Assembly (NCBI GenBank): GCA_031392305.1
Contig: JANMVB010000125.1
Coordinates: forward strand, 2,273 to 66,272
Direction: 5' to 3'
Length of the DNA: 64,000 nucleotides
Source: Ferruginibacter sp.
GTDB lineage: Bacteria > Bacteroidota > Bacteroidia > Chitinophagales > Chitinophagaceae
A program made the position numbers and the translations under genes. Below are positions 1 to 9,441 of the stretch, piece by piece; positions within the stretch are counted from its first letter, which is position 1, and every line of letters begins with the position of its first letter. Under the pieces are notes generated by a model. It was not told the DNA's origin, searched no databases, and worked only from the letters and a program-made list of their open reading frames with translations.

Positions 1-1
1 C

Positions 2-382
2 CTCGAAAATTATCTGCACCGGAAGCTAAATTTTGAGCAAAGGATCAAGGCAATGGTTGATTTTACCAAAAATACTTTTGTTTGCAGAAGCCAGGCAATT
101 GCAAAATATTTTAATGATAATGAAGTAAAAGCATGTGGTATTTGCGATAATTGCATCAATCAAAAAAGCCTGGAAATAAATACATTGGAATTTGAAAAGA
201 TAAGTGACTGGTTATTTAATTTGGTAAAAAATCAACCCATATCTGTACATAAATTATTTATCAACCTGGGCAGGATAAAAAAAGAAAAGCTATGGAAGGT
301 GCTAAATTTTTTACAGGCAGAAAGAAAATTACAGGTATCTAAGGAAGGAAATATTTCAACTGAAAAAACAATTAAGCCTTAA
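2..382 (+). CDS. recQ: C-terminal part of RecQ-family DNA helicase (5' truncated by window edge)
   Basis: Frame open from base 2; RecQ Zn-binding motif CRSQAIAKYF...CGICDNC followed by a winged-helix-like tail. Confidence 0.8.
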   Translation, partial: LENYLHRKLNFEQRIKAMVDFTKNTFVCRSQAIAKYFNDNEVKACGICDNCINQKSLEINTLEFEKISDWLFNLVKNQPISVHKLFINLGRIKKEKLWKVLNFLQAERKLQVSKEGNISTEKTIKP

Positions 383-409
383 TTGGGTTTACCTAAATGC
401 CTAAAAATA

Positions 410-481
410 AAAAAGGGACCAAGATAGAAATCTAGTCCCGCTTTAAAATCCAATATCCTATGAAAAACCGAAACGAAGATA
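410..481 (-). ncRNA. Candidate ~60-nt small RNA with own promoter and intrinsic terminator
   Basis: Minus-strand -7-like box TATCTTCG (474-481); hairpin GGGAC..GTCCC (415-439) followed by a U-tract; no ORF. Confidence 0.35.
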
Positions 482-610
482 GCGGGTTTATTATTAAAAT
501 ACAAGCTTTTGGTAAAGTATTTTATCATTTATTTCCTTCTTCTTCCTGTTTTTTATTTACTTAAATATAGTATAAATATATAATTATCAATGTTTTGTAG
601 CAATGCCCCT

Positions 611-2536
611 TTACTGAATACTTTTATATTTGCCATTTCTAAACAAGTAGCTGGCACCTTCATACCAGGCAATTGCCTCGCTAGCAATACTATCTGTAGG
701 GGGTATTTCAGTGCCTGTACCAGTTATAAAATCCGGGATATACCCGGATATTTTTTGGTGAGGTGATAATATAACGAGTTCAGCTTTTCTCAAATACCCT
801 AAGTTTTGATAAGTACTTAAGAATAACCTGTTTTGCCCCGGAGCACTTTTAAAAATATCCATCCCAAAAAAACGACTGGTGTAATTAAGGTTAAGCAGGC
901 CTAATATTGTGGGGGCAAGATCAATCTGGCTGGTAAGCCTTTCTTCAATTGCCGGGGTAATTAATTTGGGCGCATAAATAAAACAAGGTATATGATACCT
1001 GTTAACAGGCAGGTCAATTTTGCCGGCACTGCGGGAACAATGATCCGAAACAATTACAAAAATTGTTTGATCGAACCAGGGTTTTTTTGCAGCATCGGTT
1101 AAAAACTTATGTATCGCATAGTCTGTATATTTTACTCCTCCGGAAGGGGTATGGGCAGTAGAAAGAATATCAATGCGTCCATCCGGGTAAGTGTACGGCC
1201 TGTGATTACTCACAGTCATCATGTGGTTAAAAAAAAGCTTGCCATTTTTATAACTTTTGTCACATTGCTCCAGCGTATAACTAAAGGTTGCTTCATCATC
1301 CACGCCCCATGAAGTAGCATGGCTCACCAGGCTATCAGGTATATCATCTTTATCTAAAACCATGTAACCGTTATTGCTAAAAAAATAACCCATATTATCA
1401 AAAAAACTATTGCCCCCATAAATAAAGTTTACATCATAGCCTTTATTTTTCAATACACTTCCAATGGTAAATAAGCCTTCATTATTTGGCCGCCTCAATA
1501 TAGATTGGCCCGCCGTGGGTGGAATTGATAATGACAGGGCTTCCAGGCCCCTTACCGTTCTTGTACCCGACGCATAAAAGTTTTGAAAAAATAAACTTTT
1601 CCCAACCAGCGAGTCAAGAAATGGTGTAATATTCTCTTTGTTGCCAAAATAGCCGAGGTATTCAGCACTCAAGCTTTCTACACTTATCAGGATTATATTC
1701 CATTTATTTTCCGGAGTATCATTTTTTATAACCCGGTCAATACTCAAAGAGTCGCCGGTAAAAGTAGCATTGGGTGCCTGCAACATTTTTCTGAGCAGGG
1801 CAAAATTTGTTCCTTCGTCTCTTTTAGCATAAAATTTATCGTATTCAATTTCATTGATCCAAAAGGAAGCGCCAAACTCGTAGAGACCATTACCTGCCAG
1901 TTCATTCACAAAATTATTTTTACTGAAATTTTTATAGTGAATGTTTACCAGGAAGTAACTAGCTAAAGGTATCAGCATATAAAGTCCGAAAAACTTTGTG
2001 CGATCAATAAAATGCATACTTGTTTGCTGCGAAGCAACCAGGTATTTTCTGCAAAAAAATAGTATTAGAGCAACAGTAATAATGATAGCTGTATAAATCA
2101 CGTACATATTATACGATTCTAAAGCGCTGCCAATTACCTCATTGGTATAAACGAGATAATCAACTGCAATAAAATTGAAGCGTACATTAAACTCATGCCA
2201 GAACGCAATTTCGCTGCCCGCAGTTATAACCAGCATAATGGTAAGAATTGTAAATAACGTAAACAACGGAACACGTTGCCATTTCTTTTTATACCAGCTA
2301 TCCTTCATCAGCCAGCAATATACTGCCACCGGAATAGCAAAAAAACTACTACACACCAGGTCGTAAAAAAAGCCGATCAAAAAAATGCCCGCAAAATGTA
2401 AAAAGGAGAAATCCAACGAAGGCCAACTCTTGATAAATAAAACGATTCTTGTTATAAAACTCAGCGCACATAAAATAGAAAAAATAACCACCACTGGCCC
2501 AAACCGGTGATTAAAAACGGTTTTAAAATTAAACAT
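611..2536 (-). CDS. LTA synthase / MdoB-like membrane sulfatase-family phosphotransferase
   Basis: N-terminal TM helices; NIILISVESLS, GTRTVRG, HMMTVSNH, IVSDH motifs; start moved to ATG 2536 because a TAnnTTTG box lies at 2542-2549. Confidence 0.85.
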   Translation of the reverse strand: MFNFKTVFNHRFGPVVVIFSILCALSFITRIVLFIKSWPSLDFSFLHFAGIFLIGFFYDLVCSSFFAIPVAVYCWLMKDSWYKKKWQRVPLFTLFTILTIMLVITAGSEIAFWHEFNVRFNFIAVDYLVYTNEVIGSALESYNMYVIYTAIIITVALILFFCRKYLVASQQTSMHFIDRTKFFGLYMLIPLASYFLVNIHYKNFSKNNFVNELAGNGLYEFGASFWINEIEYDKFYAKRDEGTNFALLRKMLQAPNATFTGDSLSIDRVIKNDTPENKWNIILISVESLSAEYLGYFGNKENITPFLDSLVGKSLFFQNFYASGTRTVRGLEALSLSIPPTAGQSILRRPNNEGLFTIGSVLKNKGYDVNFIYGGNSFFDNMGYFFSNNGYMVLDKDDIPDSLVSHATSWGVDDEATFSYTLEQCDKSYKNGKLFFNHMMTVSNHRPYTYPDGRIDILSTAHTPSGGVKYTDYAIHKFLTDAAKKPWFDQTIFVIVSDHCSRSAGKIDLPVNRYHIPCFIYAPKLITPAIEERLTSQIDLAPTILGLLNLNYTSRFFGMDIFKSAPGQNRLFLSTYQNLGYLRKAELVILSPHQKISGYIPDFITGTGTEIPPTDSIASEAIAWYEGASYLFRNGKYKSIQ

Positions 2537-2651
2537 AGCCGCAAAAATAACCATTACAAGCAGATATGATGCTGGTATTTCAACCTTTACAGTGCAGGTT
2601 TAACTTCTGTACAACATTTTTGTAGGGACAAGCATTTGTATTTCAATTATG

Positions 2652-2690
2652 CATCGTTGTGTCACTCACTTGTACCGCATACCTGTGTGG
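2652..2690 (+). repeat. REP-like element, copy 1 of 18
   Basis: CATCGTTGTGTCACTCACTTGTACCGCATACCTGTGTGG. Confidence 0.95.
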
Positions 2691-2821
2691 AGCATTTCTC
2701 ACGTGATAATTAGAAAGATAAAAGGCTCATTTAAAGCTGGACCTGTTGCTGGTATGCAAGCATGAACTTTTCCAACGCCGGATAAACAGTTTTAACTTTC
2801 CATCACTACGTAAATTTGCAA

Positions 2822-3013
2822 ATGAGAAAAATTCAATATGGTATTGTTGGGTTTGTAACGGGTATAATGCTCGGGCTATTGATAGGGCTTGCGGTAATGA
2901 AAATTTTTAAGCAGTTACAAAATTCGGCAGCACTTCCATTTGTATTTGGCATTATTGTAATCGCCTCGGCTATTACAGGAGTTTCTATTGGTATAAATAG
3001 GGCTAAAAGATGA
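2822..3013 (+). CDS. Small two-TM hypothetical membrane protein
   Basis: 63 aa, two hydrophobic helices; TAAATTTG box at 2811-2818 just before the ATG. Confidence 0.6.
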   Translation: MRKIQYGIVGFVTGIMLGLLIGLAVMKIFKQLQNSAALPFVFGIIVIASAITGVSIGINRAKR

Positions 3014-3087
3014 TAATTATCCGGCACTTAATTTTGGCTTCTTCAAAAGGTTTAGGCTCGTGCAAATTGTGATTAGTAAGTAAACAA

Positions 3088-3384
3088 TTAAAAATTACTG
3101 ATAACATAAAATCCCCCAATAACTAATGGTAAAGTAATTATTCCTAAAAAAATTAAATAGTCGGTTCTATATGGTTCTCTTGTAGTATATGATTTGATTA
3201 AAAAACCTAGGGCATAAATTAAACCCAGAAGAAATGAAATGAAAACAATTGCTATTGACGAAAAGTCACAAACCGGCGTTATATGCTTAATTATACTAAA
3301 ACAATAAAAAATAATAAAACTCCACCACAAAAAATATATCCCAAGTAAAAATGTTGATTTAGTATGTCTTTTTAAAATGTTCAT
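3088..3384 (-). CDS. Hypothetical membrane protein (cassette-like)
   Basis: 98 aa with three hydrophobic segments; bounded by GTAAG.. and ..CTTAC inverted cores. Confidence 0.6.
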   Translation of the reverse strand: MNILKRHTKSTFLLGIYFLWWSFIIFYCFSIIKHITPVCDFSSIAIVFISFLLGLIYALGFLIKSYTTREPYRTDYLIFLGIITLPLVIGGFYVISNF

Positions 3385-3673
3385 ATTGCCCTTACTATTT
3401 AAATTGACCTGAAACTGTTGTTGGAATAACAGTTGAATTTGACTTTATCATTTTAAAAAAATATTGTGTTAACGTCAGGGCTTTACGGTCGGTGGGGAAT
3501 TTTATAAACGTCCCTCGGCGACGAAAGCCCATATGAAAAACTAAAGTATAAAATATGCACTGAAGCTAGATAGTAAAAGTCGAACTGGGCCAACTGCTGC
3601 ATAGAATTACTGAAGATGATGGACGCTTTGCGCCCAGCTCCACTGCCGCAAAACCCCCTGTAAGCGGTAGTTT

Positions 3674-4285
3674 TTATTTATTCCATATTTTGTCAAAGTA
3701 GCTTGTATCTTCTTTTTGGTTTATATAATATGTCCAATTGGTTCTGTTGCTGAGTAAATAATTGCGACATAAGAATTCACTTTTGTTTGTGTCTGCCCAA
3801 ACTGTCAACCTGTACTCAATCGTTGGGTAAAATACCGAATCAACATTGCCACTTCTATAATCACTTACTTTACTTTTATTCCAGTCTTTAATAAACGTCT
3901 CTATTTGTTTTAAAGAAAGTAGTTTGGTTTGCTTAAAAATATTTGAAAACATCTGAACAGAATCAACAGTTTTTAAATCTATTTCTTTTTTGTCAGGTTT
4001 AATTTGAGAAAGTGAATTGTCGCAAATATTAAAAATAAGATAACTGGAATTGCCAGGCTGAAAAGTAATTGTGCAACTGTCTTTTTGAAAGCCGTTTTCA
4101 CCGAGAAATGTTTTGTCTTTATAGAGTGATAATGGATAGTAATGCAGTCCAACGGGTCCAAGACATTTGGATTTAACTATTTTGTAGCCGTTAATTTTCC
4201 ATTCTTGTACATCTTCGCATTTTGTTAAACCAAGATTACATGAACTAAAAAGTGTCGCCAAAAAAAGTATGTAGTATGTTTTCAT
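3674..4285 (-). CDS. Hypothetical lipoprotein (cassette-like)
   Basis: 203 aa; signal peptide with lipobox LFSSC. Confidence 0.7.
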   Translation of the reverse strand: MKTYYILFLATLFSSCNLGLTKCEDVQEWKINGYKIVKSKCLGPVGLHYYPLSLYKDKTFLGENGFQKDSCTITFQPGNSSYLIFNICDNSLSQIKPDKKEIDLKTVDSVQMFSNIFKQTKLLSLKQIETFIKDWNKSKVSDYRSGNVDSVFYPTIEYRLTVWADTNKSEFLCRNYLLSNRTNWTYYINQKEDTSYFDKIWNK

Positions 4286-4458
4286 TTTGTGTCACAAGAA
4301 ATTACCGCTTACGTTCATATTTCGTGATGATATGTGATTAGTTTACACAGACGTAAATATGTGCCTCAACAACTAAAATAATCCATTGCTTTAATTCAGC
4401 CAAATGACCTCTAAAAATTTCTTGTGACAATACTGCCAGTCAGCCGCCGATAAAAGCT

Positions 4459-4497
4459 CCACACAGGTATGTGGTACAAGGGAGTGACACAACGATG
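4459..4497 (-). repeat. REP-like element, copy 2
   Basis: CCACACAGGTATGTGGTACAAGGGAGTGACACAACGATG on + strand. Confidence 0.95.
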
Positions 4498-4548
4498 CTG
4501 CCATGAAAACAGATGCTGGTTAACAAAAAATTTTGAGATTAAAATATG

Positions 4549-6345
4549 CTAATTGATCTCCTGCATCTCTACCAACTTTTTGTAAAATCCATTTTGTGCA
4601 ATGAGTGTATCATGTGTGCCCCTTTCTATGATGGCGCCTTTTTGCAATACAATAATTTCATCTGCATTGCGGATGGTGCTGAGGCGGTGGGCTATTACGA
4701 GAGAAGTTCTGTCTTGCATGAGGTTGATGATTGCATCCTGTACCAGCCTTTCACTTTCGGTATCGAGGGATGAGGTTGCTTCGTCTAAAATTAATATGGG
4801 AGGGTTTTGTAAAACGGCCCTGGCAATGGTTATGCGCTGGCGCTCGCCGCCACTTAGTTTCATCCCCCTGTCGCCGATATTGGTATTGTAACCTTCTTCT
4901 TTATTGATGATGAAACTATGTGCGTTGGCAATTTTTGCGGCGGCAGTTATTTCTTCGATGGTTGCATTGATATTGCCGAGGGCTATATTTGCTGCAATGG
5001 TATCGTTAAAGAGAATGGGCTCCTGTGTTACAAAGCTCATCTGCCTGCGCAGGGATTGAATGGTATAATCACGGATGTCAACCCCATCGATTAATATTTG
5101 CCCGGAAGCCACATCATGAAAGCGGGGCACCAGGTCGGCAAGGGTAGATTTACCGGCACCGGAAGAGCCAACGAGGGCAACTGTTTTTCCTTTTTCGAGC
5201 CTGAGGTTTACATCTTTAATAATCGCTTTATCATCATAATAAAAACATACATTTTTAAATTCGATGCTGTTGTTAAACGATGTTACCGTAGCGGCATTTG
5301 GTTTGTCTTCTATTACCACCGGGGCATCTAATATTTCTTCGATACGCTCAATGGCACCCATTCCTTTTTTTATATTTGAGATGGTGGAGGAAAGGTTTTT
5401 TGCGGGGTTGATCATCATCGCAAAGCTGAGGATGAAGGACATAAGATCGCCACTGTTTAAAGTTTGTGTGTTGCTGAAAACGAGCCTGCCGCCAAGGTAT
5501 AAAATGATGCAGAGTACCGTTACGCCCAATACTTCGGTGAGGGGGCTTGCAAGATCACGCCGCAATGTCATCCTGTTTAATACATCAAATAATTTATGAT
5601 CACCTTTTAAAAATTTTGTCATCATCCGTTCCTCGGAGGTAAATGCTTTGATGACTTTGATACCGCCGAGGGTTTCTTCTACATGTGATAAATTTTCACC
5701 CAGTGCCTTTGAGAATTCACCTGAATCTTTCTTTAACCGCTTGCTTACCCTGCCAATTATTAAGGCCGTGGCTGGCAGCAGTACCAATAAAAAAAGTGAC
5801 AGCGCCGGGCTGAGGTAAACCATGTAAACCAGGAAGGCGATGATGGTAAGCGGATCTTTGATGAGGCCTTCCATTGCCATAATGATGGATCCTTGTATTT
5901 CGCCTACATCACCCATCATCCGGCTCATAATATCCCCCTTGCGTTGCTCACTGTAAAAGCTAATGGGCAACTTTAAGATTTTGTCGTACAGCCGTATGCG
6001 AAAGCTGGATAAAATATTGTTACGCACCGGAGTGGAGAGATAAAAGGAGAGGTATAAAAAAATATTTTTGAGTAAAGTGGATGCAACAATTACGAGGCAT
6101 ACAATTAATAATCCATGGAGTTTATCCTTATTGATAATATCCTGGAAGTACTTTTTTAAAAAACCGGTAGAGGCGGATGGTGTTACCGCAGCAGTATTTA
6201 CATCAAAAATAATATTCATAAAAGGTGACAGCATGCCAATGGAAAGCAGGGAAAATAACGTGGCCAGCAGCGTGTAAATAAAATAGACAATCAGTTTGTT
6301 TTTAGGAATATGGATATACTTAAATATCCTAAAGAAATTTTTCAT
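4549..6345 (-). CDS. MsbA-like ABC exporter (TMD + NBD)
   Basis: Walker A GSSGAGKS, signature LSGGERQR, ILDEATSSLD, IAHRLST; N-terminal TM domain; ATG at 6345 preferred. Confidence 0.9.
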   Translation of the reverse strand: MKNFFRIFKYIHIPKNKLIVYFIYTLLATLFSLLSIGMLSPFMNIIFDVNTAAVTPSASTGFLKKYFQDIINKDKLHGLLIVCLVIVASTLLKNIFLYLSFYLSTPVRNNILSSFRIRLYDKILKLPISFYSEQRKGDIMSRMMGDVGEIQGSIIMAMEGLIKDPLTIIAFLVYMVYLSPALSLFLLVLLPATALIIGRVSKRLKKDSGEFSKALGENLSHVEETLGGIKVIKAFTSEERMMTKFLKGDHKLFDVLNRMTLRRDLASPLTEVLGVTVLCIILYLGGRLVFSNTQTLNSGDLMSFILSFAMMINPAKNLSSTISNIKKGMGAIERIEEILDAPVVIEDKPNAATVTSFNNSIEFKNVCFYYDDKAIIKDVNLRLEKGKTVALVGSSGAGKSTLADLVPRFHDVASGQILIDGVDIRDYTIQSLRRQMSFVTQEPILFNDTIAANIALGNINATIEEITAAAKIANAHSFIINKEEGYNTNIGDRGMKLSGGERQRITIARAVLQNPPILILDEATSSLDTESERLVQDAIINLMQDRTSLVIAHRLSTIRNADEIIVLQKGAIIERGTHDTLIAQNGFYKKLVEMQEIN

Positions 6346-6625
6346 TAATAACTGCAGCAACTTTTTAAAATAAGGCTGGCTGCAAATTTACACTGATTAG
6401 GGAAGAATAACGGGGGCGGAAATTAAATAAAGTATAAAAGGGACGAAGGTTAATAAAGTAGAAAAGGTAAGTGGGTTTTATAAAGTAAATAAAGTAGCCA
6501 TGTTGGAAGAAACCAACCTTAATAATTTATTTGTAGTAGCGCTATTTATTTATGGGGTTAAGGGATTGATGCAACTCGTATAATTCGTGCAATTCGTGTA
6601 ATTCGATTAATTCGTGTAATTGACG

Positions 6626-7942
6626 TTACAACTTCTTCAGCATATCCACCACACCTTCATTTTTTAAAATAAGGTACCCCAAACGGTCGTTGCTTATCCC
6701 ATCTTTTAGCTGGTAATTAAATTTCAGTTGATCGCCGGTTACTTCGGTTTCAAAATAATTGAAACTGATGTTTGGATATTTTTTGAGTGGTTCGCCAATT
6801 TCGTATAAATGGGTAGATAAAATGAAAAGCGAATTCTTAATTTTCAACAAACCTTCAATAACTGTGGAAGAGCATTTCATGGCATCCTCTACATTGGTGC
6901 CTTTAAATAATTCATCAATCAGTATCAGCCATTTTCTGCCATCTGAAATTTTATGCACCGTAGCTTTTATTCGCTGCACTTCATTATAAAAATAACTTTC
7001 GCCTTTTGACAAATTATCCATCACATTGATGTTGCTAAGCAAACCATCAAATAAGCTAAGCCTTAGTGCCTGCGCAGGAACCCCCATACCAATGTGAGCT
7101 AAAAAAACGGCTGCCCCCACAGATTTTATAAAGGTGCTTTTGCCCGCCATATTTGCCCCGGTTAAAAAAAGAAAATTGCATTGGGGGTGTAGCCCAATAT
7201 TATAATCTACAGGCTGCTGCAATAAAATATGGTACAAGCCTGTTGCCTGCAACAAAGGCTGGTTCCCCGGCACAAACTCCGGAAAATGAAGTCCAAATTC
7301 ATTTACTGCCAGTGCCATACCGTACCAGGCATCTAACTGAAAATAAATGCCTAAAAGCTCAAGCATATTATTTTTGTACTGATAGCGGAGAAACCTTGCC
7401 AGTTGTAATTGTTGCACCAGGGTAAGCTCTGCGGCCTTGGTTGTTTTTGAAACAATTTCAAATTGCTCTTTATTGATAATTTGCTTTGCTGCCAATAAAA
7501 TCTTTTTTAAAGGGGCAGGAGAATCTTCTTTTAAAAAATGGCTGATCAGCAACTGCATGCCTTTTATAAAATCAAAGCCATGGCCTGTTGAATATGTTAC
7601 CAGCGAATAATCGGGCCGGTGAAATAACTTGTAACTATAAGCACTAAATGTAGATGGGTTTGCAGGAATGTCATCAATGGTAGTAAGGTAAAATTTTTCA
7701 ATCATCATTACCGATCCGTTGCTGATCTGTGCAGGCCAATGCTGTAGGTTTTGTAATATTAATTGCAGGGTTTGTTGAATGCCGGTAATGGCTTCAATGG
7801 TATGAAGTGGTTTCATGAAGTTGTCATACAACTTTTCCCTGCCACCTACTGTACGACAAAAATTTAGTTTGTTGAATATAGAAAACTCTTCAGCCGCATC
7901 TAATATTGAAAGATCGTTTAATGTTGTTTTATCTATTTCCAT
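6626..7942 (-). CDS. Small MutS-related ATPase (MutS domain V)
   Basis: LTGANMAGKSTF, DNLSKGESYF, LIDELFKGTN, STHL motifs; lacks the mismatch-binding domain. Confidence 0.85.
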   Translation of the reverse strand: MEIDKTTLNDLSILDAAEEFSIFNKLNFCRTVGGREKLYDNFMKPLHTIEAITGIQQTLQLILQNLQHWPAQISNGSVMMIEKFYLTTIDDIPANPSTFSAYSYKLFHRPDYSLVTYSTGHGFDFIKGMQLLISHFLKEDSPAPLKKILLAAKQIINKEQFEIVSKTTKAAELTLVQQLQLARFLRYQYKNNMLELLGIYFQLDAWYGMALAVNEFGLHFPEFVPGNQPLLQATGLYHILLQQPVDYNIGLHPQCNFLFLTGANMAGKSTFIKSVGAAVFLAHIGMGVPAQALRLSLFDGLLSNINVMDNLSKGESYFYNEVQRIKATVHKISDGRKWLILIDELFKGTNVEDAMKCSSTVIEGLLKIKNSLFILSTHLYEIGEPLKKYPNISFNYFETEVTGDQLKFNYQLKDGISNDRLGYLILKNEGVVDMLKKL

Positions 7943-8060
7943 GATAACAAGCCTTCAGCTTTTTCTTTATAATTTTTGTTGGTGATATCGCTACTGTCGA
8001 ATTCTATCTAACTATCATGAAGGTAATTACTTAACATTTCTATAAACATGTTTTGTTTTA

Positions 8061-9401
8061 TCAGCGGTCAAATTTCAACCGTTGCCCTTTTATAGATTCA
8101 TCCCACACACCTTTTCCATATACGAGGTTTCCATTCACAAATGTTTTTTCAATACTTGCCGGAAAAGTAAACCCCTCCAGCGGGCTCCAGCCGCACTTGT
8201 ATAAAATATCATTGTTGGTTACCGTATAGGGTGTACTGAAGTCTGCCACTACCAGGTCTGCAAAATACCCTTCTCTTATATAGCCCCTGTCTTTAATTTG
8301 AAAACAATCCGCTACCGCATGGCTCATCTTCTCTGCTATCTTTTCTAAACTTATTTTTCCCAATTGGTGATAATGCAGCATTAATAATAATGGGTGCTGT
8401 ACCAATGGCAGGCCTGCATGTGCATGTTCGTAATCACCCTCTTTTTCAGATAATAAATGTGGCGCATGGTCTGTGGCGATAACGTCCAGCCGGTCATCTA
8501 AAAGTGCTTTCCACAATGCTTCTTTGTTATGCGGAGCTTTAATGGCCGGGTTGCATTTTATTTTATAGCCCAGTTTTTCGTAGTCGTCAGCAGTAAAATG
8601 CAGGTGGTGCACACATACTTCTGCAGTAATCCTTTTATCTTTCAATGGCAGCATATTGCTAAATAAAGCGAGTTCTTTTTCTGTACTGATATGCAATATA
8701 TGCAGGCGGGTGTTGTATTTTTTTGCAATCTGTATTGCTGCCAGCGAAGATTCAAAACAAGCAATATCATCCCTTATGAACGGATGGTCCGCTGCAGATA
8801 AATTGCCTTTCACTTTTTTTAAGTGTTCATAATTTTTGCGGATAATCGTTTCATCCTCACAGTGAGTTGCAATCAATAATTCAGTTTCCCTGAATATTTT
8901 TTCAAGTGTATTATAATTATCTACCAGCATATTTCCGGTGCTGGCACCCATAAATATTTTTACGCCACATATTGATTCTTTTAGTGCATTTACTTTCAGC
9001 ACTTCATCAGCATTGGTATTGCTAACACCCATAAAAAATGAATAATTAGCCAGCGAAGTTTTTGCAGCAATATTGTATTTATCCTCCAGCAAATCCGGCG
9101 TTAACGCATTTGGAATGGTATTGGGCATTTCCATAAAACTGGTAACACCCCCTGCCACAGCGGCTTTGCTTTCCGTGTAAATAGTTGCTTTATGGGTAAG
9201 GCCGGGCTCCCTGAAATGAACCTGGTCATCTATCACCCCTGGCAATAAATATTTTCCTTCACCATTTATTACTGTAACATTTCCTTTTGGCTCAAGCTTT
9301 GCAGCAATTTTTTCTATTCGTTCGCCATTGGTAAGCACATCGGTAGTTTCAGTTTTTCCTTCATTTACAACCTGTATGTTCTTAAAAAGGTACTTTTGCA
9401 T
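8061..9401 (-). CDS. pyrC: Dihydroorotase
   Basis: PGVIDDQVHFREPG, EMPNT, KCNP, IATDHAPH motifs. Confidence 0.9.
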   Translation of the reverse strand: MQKYLFKNIQVVNEGKTETTDVLTNGERIEKIAAKLEPKGNVTVINGEGKYLLPGVIDDQVHFREPGLTHKATIYTESKAAVAGGVTSFMEMPNTIPNALTPDLLEDKYNIAAKTSLANYSFFMGVSNTNADEVLKVNALKESICGVKIFMGASTGNMLVDNYNTLEKIFRETELLIATHCEDETIIRKNYEHLKKVKGNLSAADHPFIRDDIACFESSLAAIQIAKKYNTRLHILHISTEKELALFSNMLPLKDKRITAEVCVHHLHFTADDYEKLGYKIKCNPAIKAPHNKEALWKALLDDRLDVIATDHAPHLLSEKEGDYEHAHAGLPLVQHPLLLMLHYHQLGKISLEKIAEKMSHAVADCFQIKDRGYIREGYFADLVVADFSTPYTVTNNDILYKCGWSPLEGFTFPASIEKTFVNGNLVYGKGVWDESIKGQRLKFDR

Positions 9402-9441
9402 AAATTCAAAATATAAAGTATTCGTTAATCAAAAAAATACA

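Larger units (their letters stand above)
3076..4312. mobile_element. Degenerate integron-like gene-cassette pair with a long attC-like intergenic element
   Basis: GTAAGCGGTAGT (3660-3671) and ATTACCGCTTAC (4301-4312) are 11/12 inverted around one gene; GTAAGTAAACAAT (3076-3088) and ATTGCCCTTAC (3385-3395) bound the other; GC-richer spacer at 3464-3670. Confidence 0.45.
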
